From assembly GCA_944392755.1 (NCBI GenBank), contig CALXXT010000027.1, positions 26,313-90,312 of the forward strand: DNA of 64,000 nucleotides, written 5' to 3'. Source of the DNA: an uncultured Sutterella sp. (GTDB taxonomy: Bacteria > Pseudomonadota > Gammaproteobacteria > Burkholderiales > Burkholderiaceae_F). The notes below the pieces were generated by a model. The model was not told where the DNA came from, did no database searches, and saw nothing but the letters and a program-made list of their open reading frames with translations. The translations under genes and the position numbers were made by a program. Of the stretch, positions 27,592 through 37,363 are shown piece after piece (position 1 is the first letter of the stretch; each line of letters opens with the position of its first letter).

Positions 27592-28359
27592 ATGCCCATT
27601 CGCCAAGCCCTGGACGCCGTGCGCGCTGAAGTTGAAGAACGCTTCGAGGCAATGCGGCGCGAGATGGAGGAGCGCTTCGGCGCCGCAGATGCCGGCAGGG
27701 ACGAAGTCTTCCGGCCGCTTCCCGAACCCTCGGGACTGGACATGCCGCTCGCCGAAGCGCTTGCCGGAAGAAGAACAGAACGCAGCTTCAGCGACGAACC
27801 CATTTCGGATCAGGTTCTGAGCGCGCTTCTCCACGCCGCCGACGGGATCAACCGCGCGGACGGAAAACGCACGACGCCCTCCTGCATGAACTGGCAGGAA
27901 GTCGACATCTACGCGCTCAAGCCGAACGGCATCTGGCGCTGGATTCCCGAACGCAGGGGGATGCTCTTCTGCGCGCTCGACGACATCCGCCGCGACGCCT
28001 ACGTGGTTCCGACCGCCCTCACGACGCCGCCGCTCGTTCTCGTCTACGTCGTCGACGACCGCCGCACGCGCTCGAAAGCCGCCTCGCTCGCCGAAGCCAT
28101 CGTCGAGCGGTTGAAGCGTCCGGAGTGGTCGTCCGACGAAATCGAAGCGCTTCGAAGGCGCGCCTGCGTCCTCGACGTGGGCGCCAAGATTCAGTCGGTG
28201 TATCTCGCCGCCTCAGCGCTCGGCATCGCCTGCTCGGCGAGACTTGCCTTCAGTCCCGGAAAGCTGGAAGCCCGTCTCAAGCTCCGTCCCGACGAACGCG
28301 TGATCGCCGCCCAATCGATCGGCTACCGGCCGAAGTCGATCCTCGACCACATCCGCTGA
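27592..28359 (+). CDS. Nitroreductase-family (SagB/ThcOx-like) protein
   Basis: RRTERSF, LSALL-x-AA-x-GINR, RTTPS-x2-N-x-Q, QSVYLAA. Confidence 0.82.
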   Translation: MPIRQALDAVRAEVEERFEAMRREMEERFGAADAGRDEVFRPLPEPSGLDMPLAEALAGRRTERSFSDEPISDQVLSALLHAADGINRADGKRTTPSCMNWQEVDIYALKPNGIWRWIPERRGMLFCALDDIRRDAYVVPTALTTPPLVLVYVVDDRRTRSKAASLAEAIVERLKRPEWSSDEIEALRRRACVLDVGAKIQSVYLAASALGIACSARLAFSPGKLEARLKLRPDERVIAAQSIGYRPKSILDHIR

Positions 28360-28371
28360 ATCCGGCCGCGC

Positions 28372-28749
28372 TCAATCCCTGCGGCCGAGGTAGCTGCCGC
28401 GGTTGTCGTACATGCGGCCGTTCTCGTCCTCGCGCCCGAGATAGGATCCGTTCCGATCGTATCGGCGGCCGTTTTCATCCTCCCGGCCCTGATAGGAACC
28501 GTACTTGTCGTAGCGGCGGCCGCTTTCGTCTTCACGCCCCTGATAGGATCCGTACTTGTCGTAGATGCGTCCGTTCTCGTCCTGCCGCCCGATGTAGGAG
28601 CCGTACTTGTCGTACATGCGGCCGTTCTCGTCGACGCGTCCCTGATAGGAGCCGTAGCGGTCGTAGATTCTGCCGCTCTTCACGGCGAAGACCGGAGCGG
28701 CAGCCAAGGCGAGAATCCCCGCCGCAAGCAGCTTTCGACGATCCGTCAT
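28372..28749 (-). CDS. Exported protein made of six 17-aa repeats
   Basis: Signal MTDRRKLL...VFA; repeats (N/S)GRxYDxxGSYxGRxDE; AAGGAGG RBS. Confidence 0.85.
   Translation of the reverse strand: MTDRRKLLAAGILALAAAPVFAVKSGRIYDRYGSYQGRVDENGRMYDKYGSYIGRQDENGRIYDKYGSYQGREDESGRRYDKYGSYQGREDENGRRYDRNGSYLGREDENGRMYDNRGSYLGRRD
28375..28677. repeat. Coding tandem repeat, 51-bp unit, about 6 copies
   Basis: TAGGA(G/T/A)CCGT-type and GCCGTTCTCGTC-type blocks recur every 51 bp. Confidence 0.85.
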
Positions 28750-28911
28750 GGCAGTCCTCCTTCAATTGATTTCCTTCCTTCATTCTCCTCCGATATGCGA
28801 CGGCCTTGGACGCGAATGGGCCGCTGAAAGGCAAAGAGAGTGAAAATTTGTATTTCGAGAGGTTTCTCTTTCGCTAATATTCGCTCTTATAGAAATTTTC
28901 TCCGTGCTACC

Positions 28912-29874
28912 GTGACCGACCCGAAGCAAATTCCCGACATCAGTCTCGAGGACATTTCGTTTCTTCTTTCCCTCGCCCGCACCCAGAGCCTGACGCTCAC
29001 GGCGGCGGAAAAGCAGATGAGCATGGGCGCCGCTTCGCGCCGCCTCTCGCGCCTGCGCGAGGCGCTTCACGACGAGCTCTTCGTGCGCTCCGGACCTCAG
29101 ATGATCCCCACGAAGTCGATGAAGGAAATGCTTCCGAAGATGAAGAACGTCCTCGATGCGGCGAAGCTCATCCTCGAAACCGAGCATTTCGATCTTTCAA
29201 CGACGCGCCGCGTCGTGAAGATTCTTTCGGTCGACAACGGCATTCTCACGCTCCTTCGGGATGCGATCGGCCGCCTCTATCAAAGCTCGCCGCACATCTC
29301 CATGTCGGTGCAGCCGATCACGGAGCGGCTTTTCGACGATCTTCGAGCGGGCGAGGCCGACATGGCCCTCTTCCCGGCGAAGGCCGTGCCGAAGGACATC
29401 CACAAGCTCGAGCTCTACCGCTCGAGAAGAGGCATTTTGGTCAAAAGCGGCCATCCGCTCATTGAACTCTACGAAAAGAAGGGCAAGCTCGACCTCGAAG
29501 ACCTCGCGGGCTACCGCCGCATCGAAACGAACGCGCCGGGCGGGCAGAGCTGGTCCGGCATCGCGAAAGACTCGGCCATGCTGAGCGAAGTGCAGGAAAC
29601 GGGCTTCTCCATGCCCTATTTCCTCGCCGTTCCCTACGTGCTCACGCAGACGAACTTCACCTACATGGCGCCGGTGATCACGCTCATGCATTTTGTCCGC
29701 ATGCCGGAATTCAATCTGCGGATGCTTCCCGCGCCGGCACCGCTCGCCACCTACACGCCCTGCCTCATCTGGCACCAAAGCACGCATGAAGATCCTTTCC
29801 TGCAGTGGGTGAGATGCGTCATCACGGACACGAGCCGTTCGTCGGCAAAGCGCTTCGGCGTGCTCGCGGACTAA
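28912..29874 (+). CDS. LysR-family transcriptional regulator
   Basis: SLT-x2-A-x5-S-x2-AASRRLSRLR-x4-DELFVR-x5-M-x-PT; W-x7-DP-x2-QW-x-R. Confidence 0.88.
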   Translation: MTDPKQIPDISLEDISFLLSLARTQSLTLTAAEKQMSMGAASRRLSRLREALHDELFVRSGPQMIPTKSMKEMLPKMKNVLDAAKLILETEHFDLSTTRRVVKILSVDNGILTLLRDAIGRLYQSSPHISMSVQPITERLFDDLRAGEADMALFPAKAVPKDIHKLELYRSRRGILVKSGHPLIELYEKKGKLDLEDLAGYRRIETNAPGGQSWSGIAKDSAMLSEVQETGFSMPYFLAVPYVLTQTNFTYMAPVITLMHFVRMPEFNLRMLPAPAPLATYTPCLIWHQSTHEDPFLQWVRCVITDTSRSSAKRFGVLAD

Positions 29875-29948
29875 AATCAAGATTTGACCTCGGCGCCCTT
29901 CTGCGGCGACAACCGAGGTCCTCATCCCTTTACCGCATCGCCTGCGAC

Positions 29949-31388
29949 GTGAAATCTGCATTCCTGGCGCACATCGCGCTTCCCATACTCGCGCTCGCCT
30001 CTGCGGCAGGCGCGGCGGCTGAAGCCCCGGCTCCCGAAGCTCCTATGAGCTACGCCGACGCGCGCGCCCGGTTCCATGCCGCCTCCGACCAGTTCCGCGC
30101 CGACGACGCCGCCGTCGCCCGCGACGAAGCCCGCGCCGAAAGCGCCCGCTCGCTTTCGGGACCGAAGGTCAGCTTCTCGGCCATGCGCCTCGAAGGCTCG
30201 AAGTCGCTCGACCTCAATCTTTCGGTGCCGAACCCCATCGCCGGCGTCCCGGGACTGCCATCCTCCATTCGCCTCGGCTACGACGACAAGATCGATCTCT
30301 CGGGCTACCGAACGATCCTGAGCTTCGTCTGGCCGATCTACACGGGAGGCGCCATTTCGGCCGAACAGGAGGCGCTCTCGCACCATGCGGCGCAAACCCG
30401 ATGGGAGCGCGACGCAAGGCGGGACGCCGAAGACGGCGACCTCGCGCTCCGCTACTGGGGCGTGCAGCTTGCCCGCTCCGTGGAGGCGATGCGCGCTCAG
30501 GCCGCTCTTGACGAAGAGGCCGAACTTCGCCGAGCGCAGGCCATGGAACAGAAGGGCGTGATCTCCCGCATGGAGAGGCTCTCCGTCGAAGTTTCGCGCG
30601 ACCGGGCCAAGCGCGAGGCGCTTCGGGCGCAGACCGATCGACGCGTCGCCGAAACGGAATTCCTGCGCCGCCTGCGCATGACGGCCCTTCCGGCGCTGAT
30701 GAATCCCCTCTTCATCGTCCGCGGCGATCTGGGCTCGCTGGCGTCCTGGCAGGCCAAAGCCGAAGCCGACTCGCCCGCATTGAAGCGTCTCGAAAGCCTT
30801 GAGCTCGAAGCTCGAGCCGGCGTGAAGGCGGCCCAAAGCGCCTACGCCCCGCAGGTCTTCGCCTTCGGCATGAAGAACCTCACGAAGCACGACCTCACGC
30901 TGCCCGAGCCGGACTGGCTTGCCGGCGTTGGCGTCGAAATCACGCTTTGGAGCAACCGCGACCGCGCAAGCAGCGTTGCGGCCGCGCGCTCGCTCGAAAC
31001 GCAGGCGGGCGCCTCCCGGGCCGAGGCCCGAACGACGCTTCGCCGCGCCGTGGAGGTGGCCTGGCTTCGCGCGCACGAAGCCCGCGAGCGCTACGACGAA
31101 ATCCGCTCGAGCGTGACGCTCGCCGAAGAGAATCTGAAGATGCGCGAACTCGCCTTCGGCCGCGGCCTCTCCAAAGCGCTCGACGTAAGCCATGCGCGCA
31201 CCGAGCTCGTGGGCGCGCAAGTGGCGCTTCAGGGCGCCGCCTACGAATTCGTGGCCGCTTGGGCGACGCTGCACGCCGCCGCCAACGCCATGCCCGAATT
31301 TGAAAGCTCGATCGGGCGCGCCGAGCGGGCTCCGGCCGCCGAAGCCGCAAGCGCGCTCCCCCAACTGCAAAAGGTCAAGACGCCATGA
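29949..31388 (+). CDS. TolC-family outer membrane factor
   Basis: Signal peptide, WPIYTGG, repeated OEP helices; upstream of MFP and RND. Confidence 0.85.
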   Translation: MKSAFLAHIALPILALASAAGAAAEAPAPEAPMSYADARARFHAASDQFRADDAAVARDEARAESARSLSGPKVSFSAMRLEGSKSLDLNLSVPNPIAGVPGLPSSIRLGYDDKIDLSGYRTILSFVWPIYTGGAISAEQEALSHHAAQTRWERDARRDAEDGDLALRYWGVQLARSVEAMRAQAALDEEAELRRAQAMEQKGVISRMERLSVEVSRDRAKREALRAQTDRRVAETEFLRRLRMTALPALMNPLFIVRGDLGSLASWQAKAEADSPALKRLESLELEARAGVKAAQSAYAPQVFAFGMKNLTKHDLTLPEPDWLAGVGVEITLWSNRDRASSVAAARSLETQAGASRAEARTTLRRAVEVAWLRAHEARERYDEIRSSVTLAEENLKMRELAFGRGLSKALDVSHARTELVGAQVALQGAAYEFVAAWATLHAAANAMPEFESSIGRAERAPAAEAASALPQLQKVKTP

Positions 31389-32467
31389 AGATTCTTCACT
31401 CGACGACCCTGCGAATCGGCTTTGCCGCCCTTTGCGCCGCGGCTCTGCTTGCAGGCTGCGGCGACGAACGCCCGCCGGCGGCCGCGCCTGGCGATGCGCC
31501 GGCCGTCCATGTGGAAACGACCGCCGCGGCCTCCGCTTTCCCCGTTCGCTACGAAGCGGCGGGTTCGGTCGCCGCCGAGCGCCGGGTGAAGGTGGCTTCG
31601 CGCATTCCCGCCTACATCACCGCCGTGAACTTCCGCGAAGGCGATCTCGTGCGCGAGGGCGATCTCCTCGCGGCGCTCGATTCGACCGACGCGCTTGCCG
31701 CGGTGCACGCGGCCGAAGGGAAGCTCGCAGCCGCGCGCGCAGCGGAACGCGACGCCGAGATCGACCTTAAGAAATTTGAGGCGCTCGCCGCCGAAGGATT
31801 CATTTCGGACCATGAGCTGCGCCGCATCCGCTTGAAGCACGACGCCGCCGCCGGCGACCGGGCCGAAGCCGAGGGGGCCGTCAGGCGCGCGCGCAATCAG
31901 CTTCGCTACGTCGACGTGCGCTCGCCCCTCGAGGGACGGGTCGCCGAGAGACTGAAGGAACCCGGGGAGCTCGCCGTGCCGGGACTCCCGATCCTCATTC
32001 TCGACAGCCTCCGAAATCCCAAGTTTGAAGCGGGCGTGCCGGCCGCTGAGGTCGACGGCATCCGCCCGGGCGACGAGGTTGAAGTCGCCGTTGAAGGCCG
32101 CCTGCCCCTGAAGGGCTCCGTCGAGTCGGTCGCCCAAAGCGCCGCGCCCGGCACCCGCACGTATCTGGTGCGGATCGCCCTCCCGAAAGATGCGGACGTG
32201 CGTCCCGGAGCTTTCGGCCGGGCCAGCTTCCGCCGTCCCGACGCGCGGTCGGCCGCAGTTCCCGAATCCGCCCTGACCCGCCGCGGCGGACTCGACGGCG
32301 TCTTTGTCGTCGAAGGGGACCGCACGCGCTTCGCGTGGGTGCGGATCGGACGCCGATGCGCGGGCCTCGTCGAAATTCTCGCCGGCCTGCGCCCGGGCGA
32401 GTCCGTCGTTCTTCAGCCTTCGGACGCGCTGCGCGACGGCGCGCGCGTTGAGGTGACGCATCCATGA
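31385..32467 (+). CDS. RND periplasmic adaptor (MFP) lipoprotein
   Basis: LAGC lipobox, EGDLVREGDLL, VRSPLEG, TRTY-x-V, VPESAL, GLRPGE. Confidence 0.9.
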   Translation: MKILHSTTLRIGFAALCAAALLAGCGDERPPAAAPGDAPAVHVETTAAASAFPVRYEAAGSVAAERRVKVASRIPAYITAVNFREGDLVREGDLLAALDSTDALAAVHAAEGKLAAARAAERDAEIDLKKFEALAAEGFISDHELRRIRLKHDAAAGDRAEAEGAVRRARNQLRYVDVRSPLEGRVAERLKEPGELAVPGLPILILDSLRNPKFEAGVPAAEVDGIRPGDEVEVAVEGRLPLKGSVESVAQSAAPGTRTYLVRIALPKDADVRPGAFGRASFRRPDARSAAVPESALTRRGGLDGVFVVEGDRTRFAWVRIGRRCAGLVEILAGLRPGESVVLQPSDALRDGARVEVTHP

Positions 32468-35400
32468 GAAAGCACAATTTCTCAGGTCGGCTGACGGCGC
32501 TCTTCATCGATTCGAAGCTCACGCTCATTCTTGTCGCCGCTTCGATCGTCTTCGGGATCTACGCCGTGCTCACGACGCCGCGCGAAGAGAATCCCCAGAT
32601 CAGCATGCCGGCCGCCGTGATTGAAGCGGCGCTGCCGGGCGCGGCGCCTGCCGAAATCGAGGCGAAGGTCGTGCGCCCTCTGGAAGCGGCGATTCACCAG
32701 ATTCCGGGAGTCGATCACGTTTCGAGCTGGTCGGTCGACTCCGGCGCCATGATTTCCGTGCAGTTCGTCGTGGGCGAAGAGAAGGAGCCGAGCCTCGTGA
32801 AGCTCTCGGAGCGGCTCGCGGGCGCGAGAGCGGAGCTGCCGAAGGAGCTGATCGGCCCCTACATGCGGAGCGCAGACGCGGACGACGTGCCGATTCTCGC
32901 CGTCACGCTTCACTCGGCCTCGCTCGACGACCTCGCGCTGCGCCGGCTCGGCCTGCGCATGCTCGACGAGCTCCAAAGCCTGCCCGGCATTTCTTCGGCC
33001 TACGTTCTCGGCGGCGAAAACCGGGAATTCACGATCGAAGTCGATCCGAAGCGGCTCGCGGGCTACGGCGTCGACTTCAATGCGGTGAAGCTTGCGCTTT
33101 CGGCCGCAAACGTTGCCGGACCGATCGGAAGCTACGCCGAAGGCAACCGAGAAATCCGCGTGCGCATCGACGACTTCATCGCATCCAAGGAAGCGCTCGA
33201 ATCGATCGTCGTGGCGGTTCGTCCGGACCGAACCGTTCGGCTTGCCGACGTTGCGCGCGTCGTCGACGGCGCCAATCCGCAGCGCCGCTCGATCGCGCGC
33301 TTTGCGTGGGGCCCGGCCTCGCCCGAATACGCCGCTCACCCCGACGAATACGCCTCCGTCACGCTCGCCGTCGCGAAATTGAAGGGGGCGAACGCCGTCA
33401 CCGTCGCCGACGAAGCGCTTGCCCGCATCGACCGCATGCAGGCGCAGTGGATTCCCCAAAGCGTCGACGTGGTCGTCACGCGCAACGACGGCGTGAAGGC
33501 CGACGACGCCGTCAACAATCTCATCCGCCACCTCGGCATCGCCGTCACGGCCGTCGTCGTCGTGACGCTCGTCTTCCTCGGATGGCGCGCGGCCGTCATC
33601 GTCGCCGTCACCGTGCCGCTCATCCTCGCCATCACGCTCGGCATGGTGAATCTCGCCGGCCTCACCATCAACCGCCTCACGCTCTACGGCCTCATCATCG
33701 CGCTCGGACTTTTGGTCGACGACTCGATCGTCGTCATCGAAAACATCGTGCGGCACTACCACATGGGGCCGGCCGCTTCACGGCGCGAACGCATGCTGCG
33801 CACGATCGACGCCCCGGACGAAATCGGCAGCGCGACGCTGCTCGCGACCATCGCCGTCATGATCGTCTTCGCGAGCCTCATTCCGTCGCTTTCCGGCATG
33901 CCGAAGCAGTACTTCTTCCCGGTTGGCTTCAGCGTGCCCGTCGCGCTGGCCTCAAGCTTCTTCATCGCCTACATCGTGGCGCCCTGGCTTGCGATGCGCT
34001 GGCTGCCGCCGCCCTCGTCTCCATCCGCCGACGAAAGCCGCGCCGACGACCTGCCGGGCGGAACCCTCGGCCGAATCTACGCGCGTTTCGCGAAGCCTCT
34101 TCTCGGCCGCCCGAAGCGGGAGGCGCTTTTCATCGGCGTCATCGTTCTGCTGCTCGCGCTCTCGAGCCTGATGCCGCTCTGGCAGCTTGTGCGTCCCTCG
34201 GGCCCGGGCGGCCCGACGCCCGCCTTCGGCGTCGAGATGGGCTTCCTGCCGAAGGACAACAAGAACACATTCAACGTCACGATTCGAATGCCGGAAGGCA
34301 CGCCCGTCGAAACGACGGACCGCGTGGTGCGCGCCGTCGCTGAAAAAGCGCGCCGCATCCCCGAAGCGACGGACTGCCAGATCTGGACGGGGCTTGCGGG
34401 CGTCGCGGACTTCAACAGCATGATCCGCGCCGAACCCTCGAGCGGACCGACGGTGGGCGCCGTGCGCGTCAACCTCACCGACAAGCGGACGGGACGGCGC
34501 TCCTCGATTCTCATCGCGCGGGAGCTGCGCGCCGAGCTTCGATCCATCGCCGAAGCGTGGCCGGGGTCGACCATTCAAGTGGTCGAAGACCCGCCGGGTC
34601 CTCCCCTCAAGGCAAGCGTCTACGCCGAACTCTACATGCACGACCCGGAGCGCTTGGAGGCTCTCGCGCTCGAGGTGCGACGCGCCTTCGAAGAAACCTA
34701 CGACATGGCGGAGGTCTTCGACAGCGTGGAAGAGGACGTGCCGGAAGTGCGGCTTTCGATCGACCGCGAGAAGGCCGTGCGGGCCGGCGTCGCGCCCGCC
34801 CTCGCCGCCAAGGCGCTCGCCGGCTTCGTCGAAGGCGAGGTGATCGGCTGGGCCCATGCGCCGGGCGAACGCGAGCCTCAGGCCGTGCGCCTGCAGGTGC
34901 CCACGAACGAAGAGTTTCGTCCCGAGCTTCTCGCCGAGCGCACGGTTCCGGGATGGGCGGGCCGCCCCGTGCCGCTTTCCTCCATCGTGAAGGTTGAGCG
35001 GGCGAGCGCCGAGCACGCGATTCTTCACCGCGACGGCACGCGCGTCATGAATGTCGGCGGCGAGCTCGGCTCGACGACGCCTACCTACGCCGTCGCGGAC
35101 CTCACCGAGCGGCTCGCGGGGAGCGCGCTGCCAGGAGGCGGAAAGCTTCACGTCGGGAACCTCGCCTTCAGCGAAGAGCGCGCCGACCTCACCGCGGCCG
35201 ACGGCATTCTCCTTTGGCAAGGCGAGATGCGCATGATGCTCGACAGCTACCGCGACCTCGTGCGGGCGCTGGCGCTCTCGATCGGCTCGATCTTCCTCAT
35301 TCTCGTCGCCTACTACCGCTCCTTCGGCCTCGCGCTCATCGCGCTTGCCGCCGTGCCGCTCGCCGTGATCGGACTCTTCCCGGGGCATTGGCTCCTCGGC

Positions 35401-35751
35401 GTGCAGTTCTCGGCTTCGTCCCTGATCGGCGTCGTGGCGCTCTCGGGCGTCGTCGTGCGCAACTCGCTTCTCATCATCGACTTCGTTCGAGACTACCTGA
35501 AGGCGGGCCTGCCGCTCGAACAGGCCGCGCTCGACGCCGGCGCCGTGAGGCTTCGCCCGATCCTTCTCACGACCCTCGCCATCATCTTCGGCTCGATCGT
35601 CATGGTGACCGACCCCGTCTTCAGCGGGCTTGCCGTTTCCTTCATCTTCGGCACCGCCGCCTCAACCGTCTTCACGGTCTACCTCATCCCGATCCTGCTC
35701 ACCTTCTACTACAAGCGCTGGCCGTACCGCGCGCCGGAGGAACCGCTTTGA
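32464..35751 (+). CDS. RND efflux permease (AcrB/AcrD/AcrF family)
   Basis: PREENPQI, LGLLVDDSIVVIENI, GVVVRNSLLIIDF, RLRPILLT. Confidence 0.93.
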   Translation: MRKHNFSGRLTALFIDSKLTLILVAASIVFGIYAVLTTPREENPQISMPAAVIEAALPGAAPAEIEAKVVRPLEAAIHQIPGVDHVSSWSVDSGAMISVQFVVGEEKEPSLVKLSERLAGARAELPKELIGPYMRSADADDVPILAVTLHSASLDDLALRRLGLRMLDELQSLPGISSAYVLGGENREFTIEVDPKRLAGYGVDFNAVKLALSAANVAGPIGSYAEGNREIRVRIDDFIASKEALESIVVAVRPDRTVRLADVARVVDGANPQRRSIARFAWGPASPEYAAHPDEYASVTLAVAKLKGANAVTVADEALARIDRMQAQWIPQSVDVVVTRNDGVKADDAVNNLIRHLGIAVTAVVVVTLVFLGWRAAVIVAVTVPLILAITLGMVNLAGLTINRLTLYGLIIALGLLVDDSIVVIENIVRHYHMGPAASRRERMLRTIDAPDEIGSATLLATIAVMIVFASLIPSLSGMPKQYFFPVGFSVPVALASSFFIAYIVAPWLAMRWLPPPSSPSADESRADDLPGGTLGRIYARFAKPLLGRPKREALFIGVIVLLLALSSLMPLWQLVRPSGPGGPTPAFGVEMGFLPKDNKNTFNVTIRMPEGTPVETTDRVVRAVAEKARRIPEATDCQIWTGLAGVADFNSMIRAEPSSGPTVGAVRVNLTDKRTGRRSSILIARELRAELRSIAEAWPGSTIQVVEDPPGPPLKASVYAELYMHDPERLEALALEVRRAFEETYDMAEVFDSVEEDVPEVRLSIDREKAVRAGVAPALAAKALAGFVEGEVIGWAHAPGEREPQAVRLQVPTNEEFRPELLAERTVPGWAGRPVPLSSIVKVERASAEHAILHRDGTRVMNVGGELGSTTPTYAVADLTERLAGSALPGGGKLHVGNLAFSEERADLTAADGILLWQGEMRMMLDSYRDLVRALALSIGSIFLILVAYYRSFGLALIALAAVPLAVIGLFPGHWLLGVQFSASSLIGVVALSGVVVRNSLLIIDFVRDYLKAGLPLEQAALDAGAVRLRPILLTTLAIIFGSIVMVTDPVFSGLAVSFIFGTAASTVFTVYLIPILLTFYYKRWPYRAPEEPL

Positions 35752-36554
35752 ACGCCGCCATTCCCTTCATCGACACCCACTGCCACCTCACGGACAAGGC
35801 CTTCGACGCCGACCGGGCCGAAGTGATCGACCGCATGCGCGCTGCGGGAATGCCCGCCGCCGTCACGATCGCCTGCTCGGACGACGAACTGCCGAAGCTG
35901 CGCGAACTTCTGCGCGCCTATCCGGGCTACCTTTTCGGCGCCTGGGCCGTGCACCCCGAATACCCGGACCACCGCGAGGCCGATGAAGATGAAATCGCCC
36001 GCTGCGCCTCGGAACCCGGCATGGTGGCGGTGGGAGAAACAGGGCTCGACTTCTACTGGTGCAAGGAGCCGCTCGACTGGCAGCGCGAACGGTTCCGCCG
36101 CCATATCCGAGCGGCAAAAATGGCGGAAAAGCCCCTCATCATTCATGCCCGCGACGCCGAGGCCGAAGCGCTTGAAATCCTCAAGGCCGAAAAAGCGGCC
36201 GAAGCCGGATTCGTCATGCACTGCTTCTGCGGAACGGCGGCCACCGCCCGGGACGTCGTCGATGCGGGCGGATTCGTGAGCTTCACCGGCAACCTCACCT
36301 TCAAGCGCAACGATGCGCTTCGCGCCGTTGCGGCCGCCATCCCGCTCGAGCGCCTCATGATCGAAACGGATGCGCCCTACATGGCGCCCGTGCCGTGGCG
36401 CGGGAAGCGCTCCGAACCCATTCATTCGCGGCGGGTGGCTGAGACGATCGCCGAAGCGAAAGGGCTTGAAGTGGAAGCGGTGCTTCGGCAGACGACCGAA
36501 AACGCGGTTCAATTTTTCCGTCTTCCGATCGGACTGGCCGTCTCGAACGATTAA
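35748..36554 (+). CDS. tatD: TatD-family hydrolase
   Basis: IDTHCHL, HP, VGETGLDF, IHAR, HCF, ETDAPY; TTG overlapping the RND stop. Confidence 0.9.
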   Translation: MNAAIPFIDTHCHLTDKAFDADRAEVIDRMRAAGMPAAVTIACSDDELPKLRELLRAYPGYLFGAWAVHPEYPDHREADEDEIARCASEPGMVAVGETGLDFYWCKEPLDWQRERFRRHIRAAKMAEKPLIIHARDAEAEALEILKAEKAAEAGFVMHCFCGTAATARDVVDAGGFVSFTGNLTFKRNDALRAVAAAIPLERLMIETDAPYMAPVPWRGKRSEPIHSRRVAETIAEAKGLEVEAVLRQTTENAVQFFRLPIGLAVSND

Positions 36555-36618
36555 ACTCATTGAATCACGAACCTTGACTGCACGGAGCGGCCCCGTTGAG
36601 CCGCTCCTTTTCATACGC

Positions 36619-37344
36619 ATGATGAAATACTTGACGGCGGCGCTCTGCGCGCTGCTTGCGGGCCTATCCGCCCCACCCGCCTCCGCCGGTCCTGCGGCGG
36701 CAGCCGCCGAGGCCGCCGATCCGCTCGAATCCGCCCGATCGGCCGAAATTCGAGCCTCGATCGAGCAGTGCCGAAGCGACCGGCTTGAAGCGCTTCTCGA
36801 TGCCGGAGCCGACCCGAACGTCTTCATGGAGAACGGCGACACGGCCTTCACCTACGCGATGCGCACGGACTGCGTCCGCTGCGCCGACCTGCTCATGAAG
36901 GCGAAGAGCTTCCGCGTGAACGCCGCGAATCGATTCGGCGAAACGCCCCTCATGCTTGCCGTCTTCAAGGGAAATGAGGAAATCTTCGAAGCCCTTCTCC
37001 GGGCGGGCGCCGATCCGAAGGCTCAGCCCAAAAGCTGGACCGCGCTCCACTATGCGGCCACGGAAGGGCGAGAGGACTTCGTCAAGCGCCTTCTCGAGCT
37101 CGGCGTCAGCCCGAACGTGCAGACGTCGGCCGGCGTGACGCCGCTCCACATGGCGGCGCGGCGCCCGTCACGCGCCGTCGTCGTGACGCTGCTGCGCGCC
37201 GGGGCCTACCGCGACTACTGCACGGACCGCGGGCTTTCGCCCGCCGATTTCGCCCGCAAGGCGGGCGACGACAAGCTCGCCGACTATCTCGCGGTCGAAG
37301 TCTGCGCGGTGAAGGGCGTTCAGCGCCCGTCGCTCATGCGCTGA
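36619..37344 (+). CDS. Exported ankyrin-repeat protein
   Basis: Signal peptide; GDTAF, GETPLMLA, WTALHYAA, GVTPLHMAA repeats. Confidence 0.88.
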   Translation: MMKYLTAALCALLAGLSAPPASAGPAAAAAEAADPLESARSAEIRASIEQCRSDRLEALLDAGADPNVFMENGDTAFTYAMRTDCVRCADLLMKAKSFRVNAANRFGETPLMLAVFKGNEEIFEALLRAGADPKAQPKSWTALHYAATEGREDFVKRLLELGVSPNVQTSAGVTPLHMAARRPSRAVVVTLLRAGAYRDYCTDRGLSPADFARKAGDDKLADYLAVEVCAVKGVQRPSLMR

Positions 37345-37363
37345 ACGGGAAGGAGACGCTTCC

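Noticed and set aside
28375-28677. 51-bp periodic repeat as a CRISPR array
   Set aside because: No unique spacers, unit is a multiple of 3, variation is codon-like within an ORF with RBS and signal peptide, and no cas genes are present.
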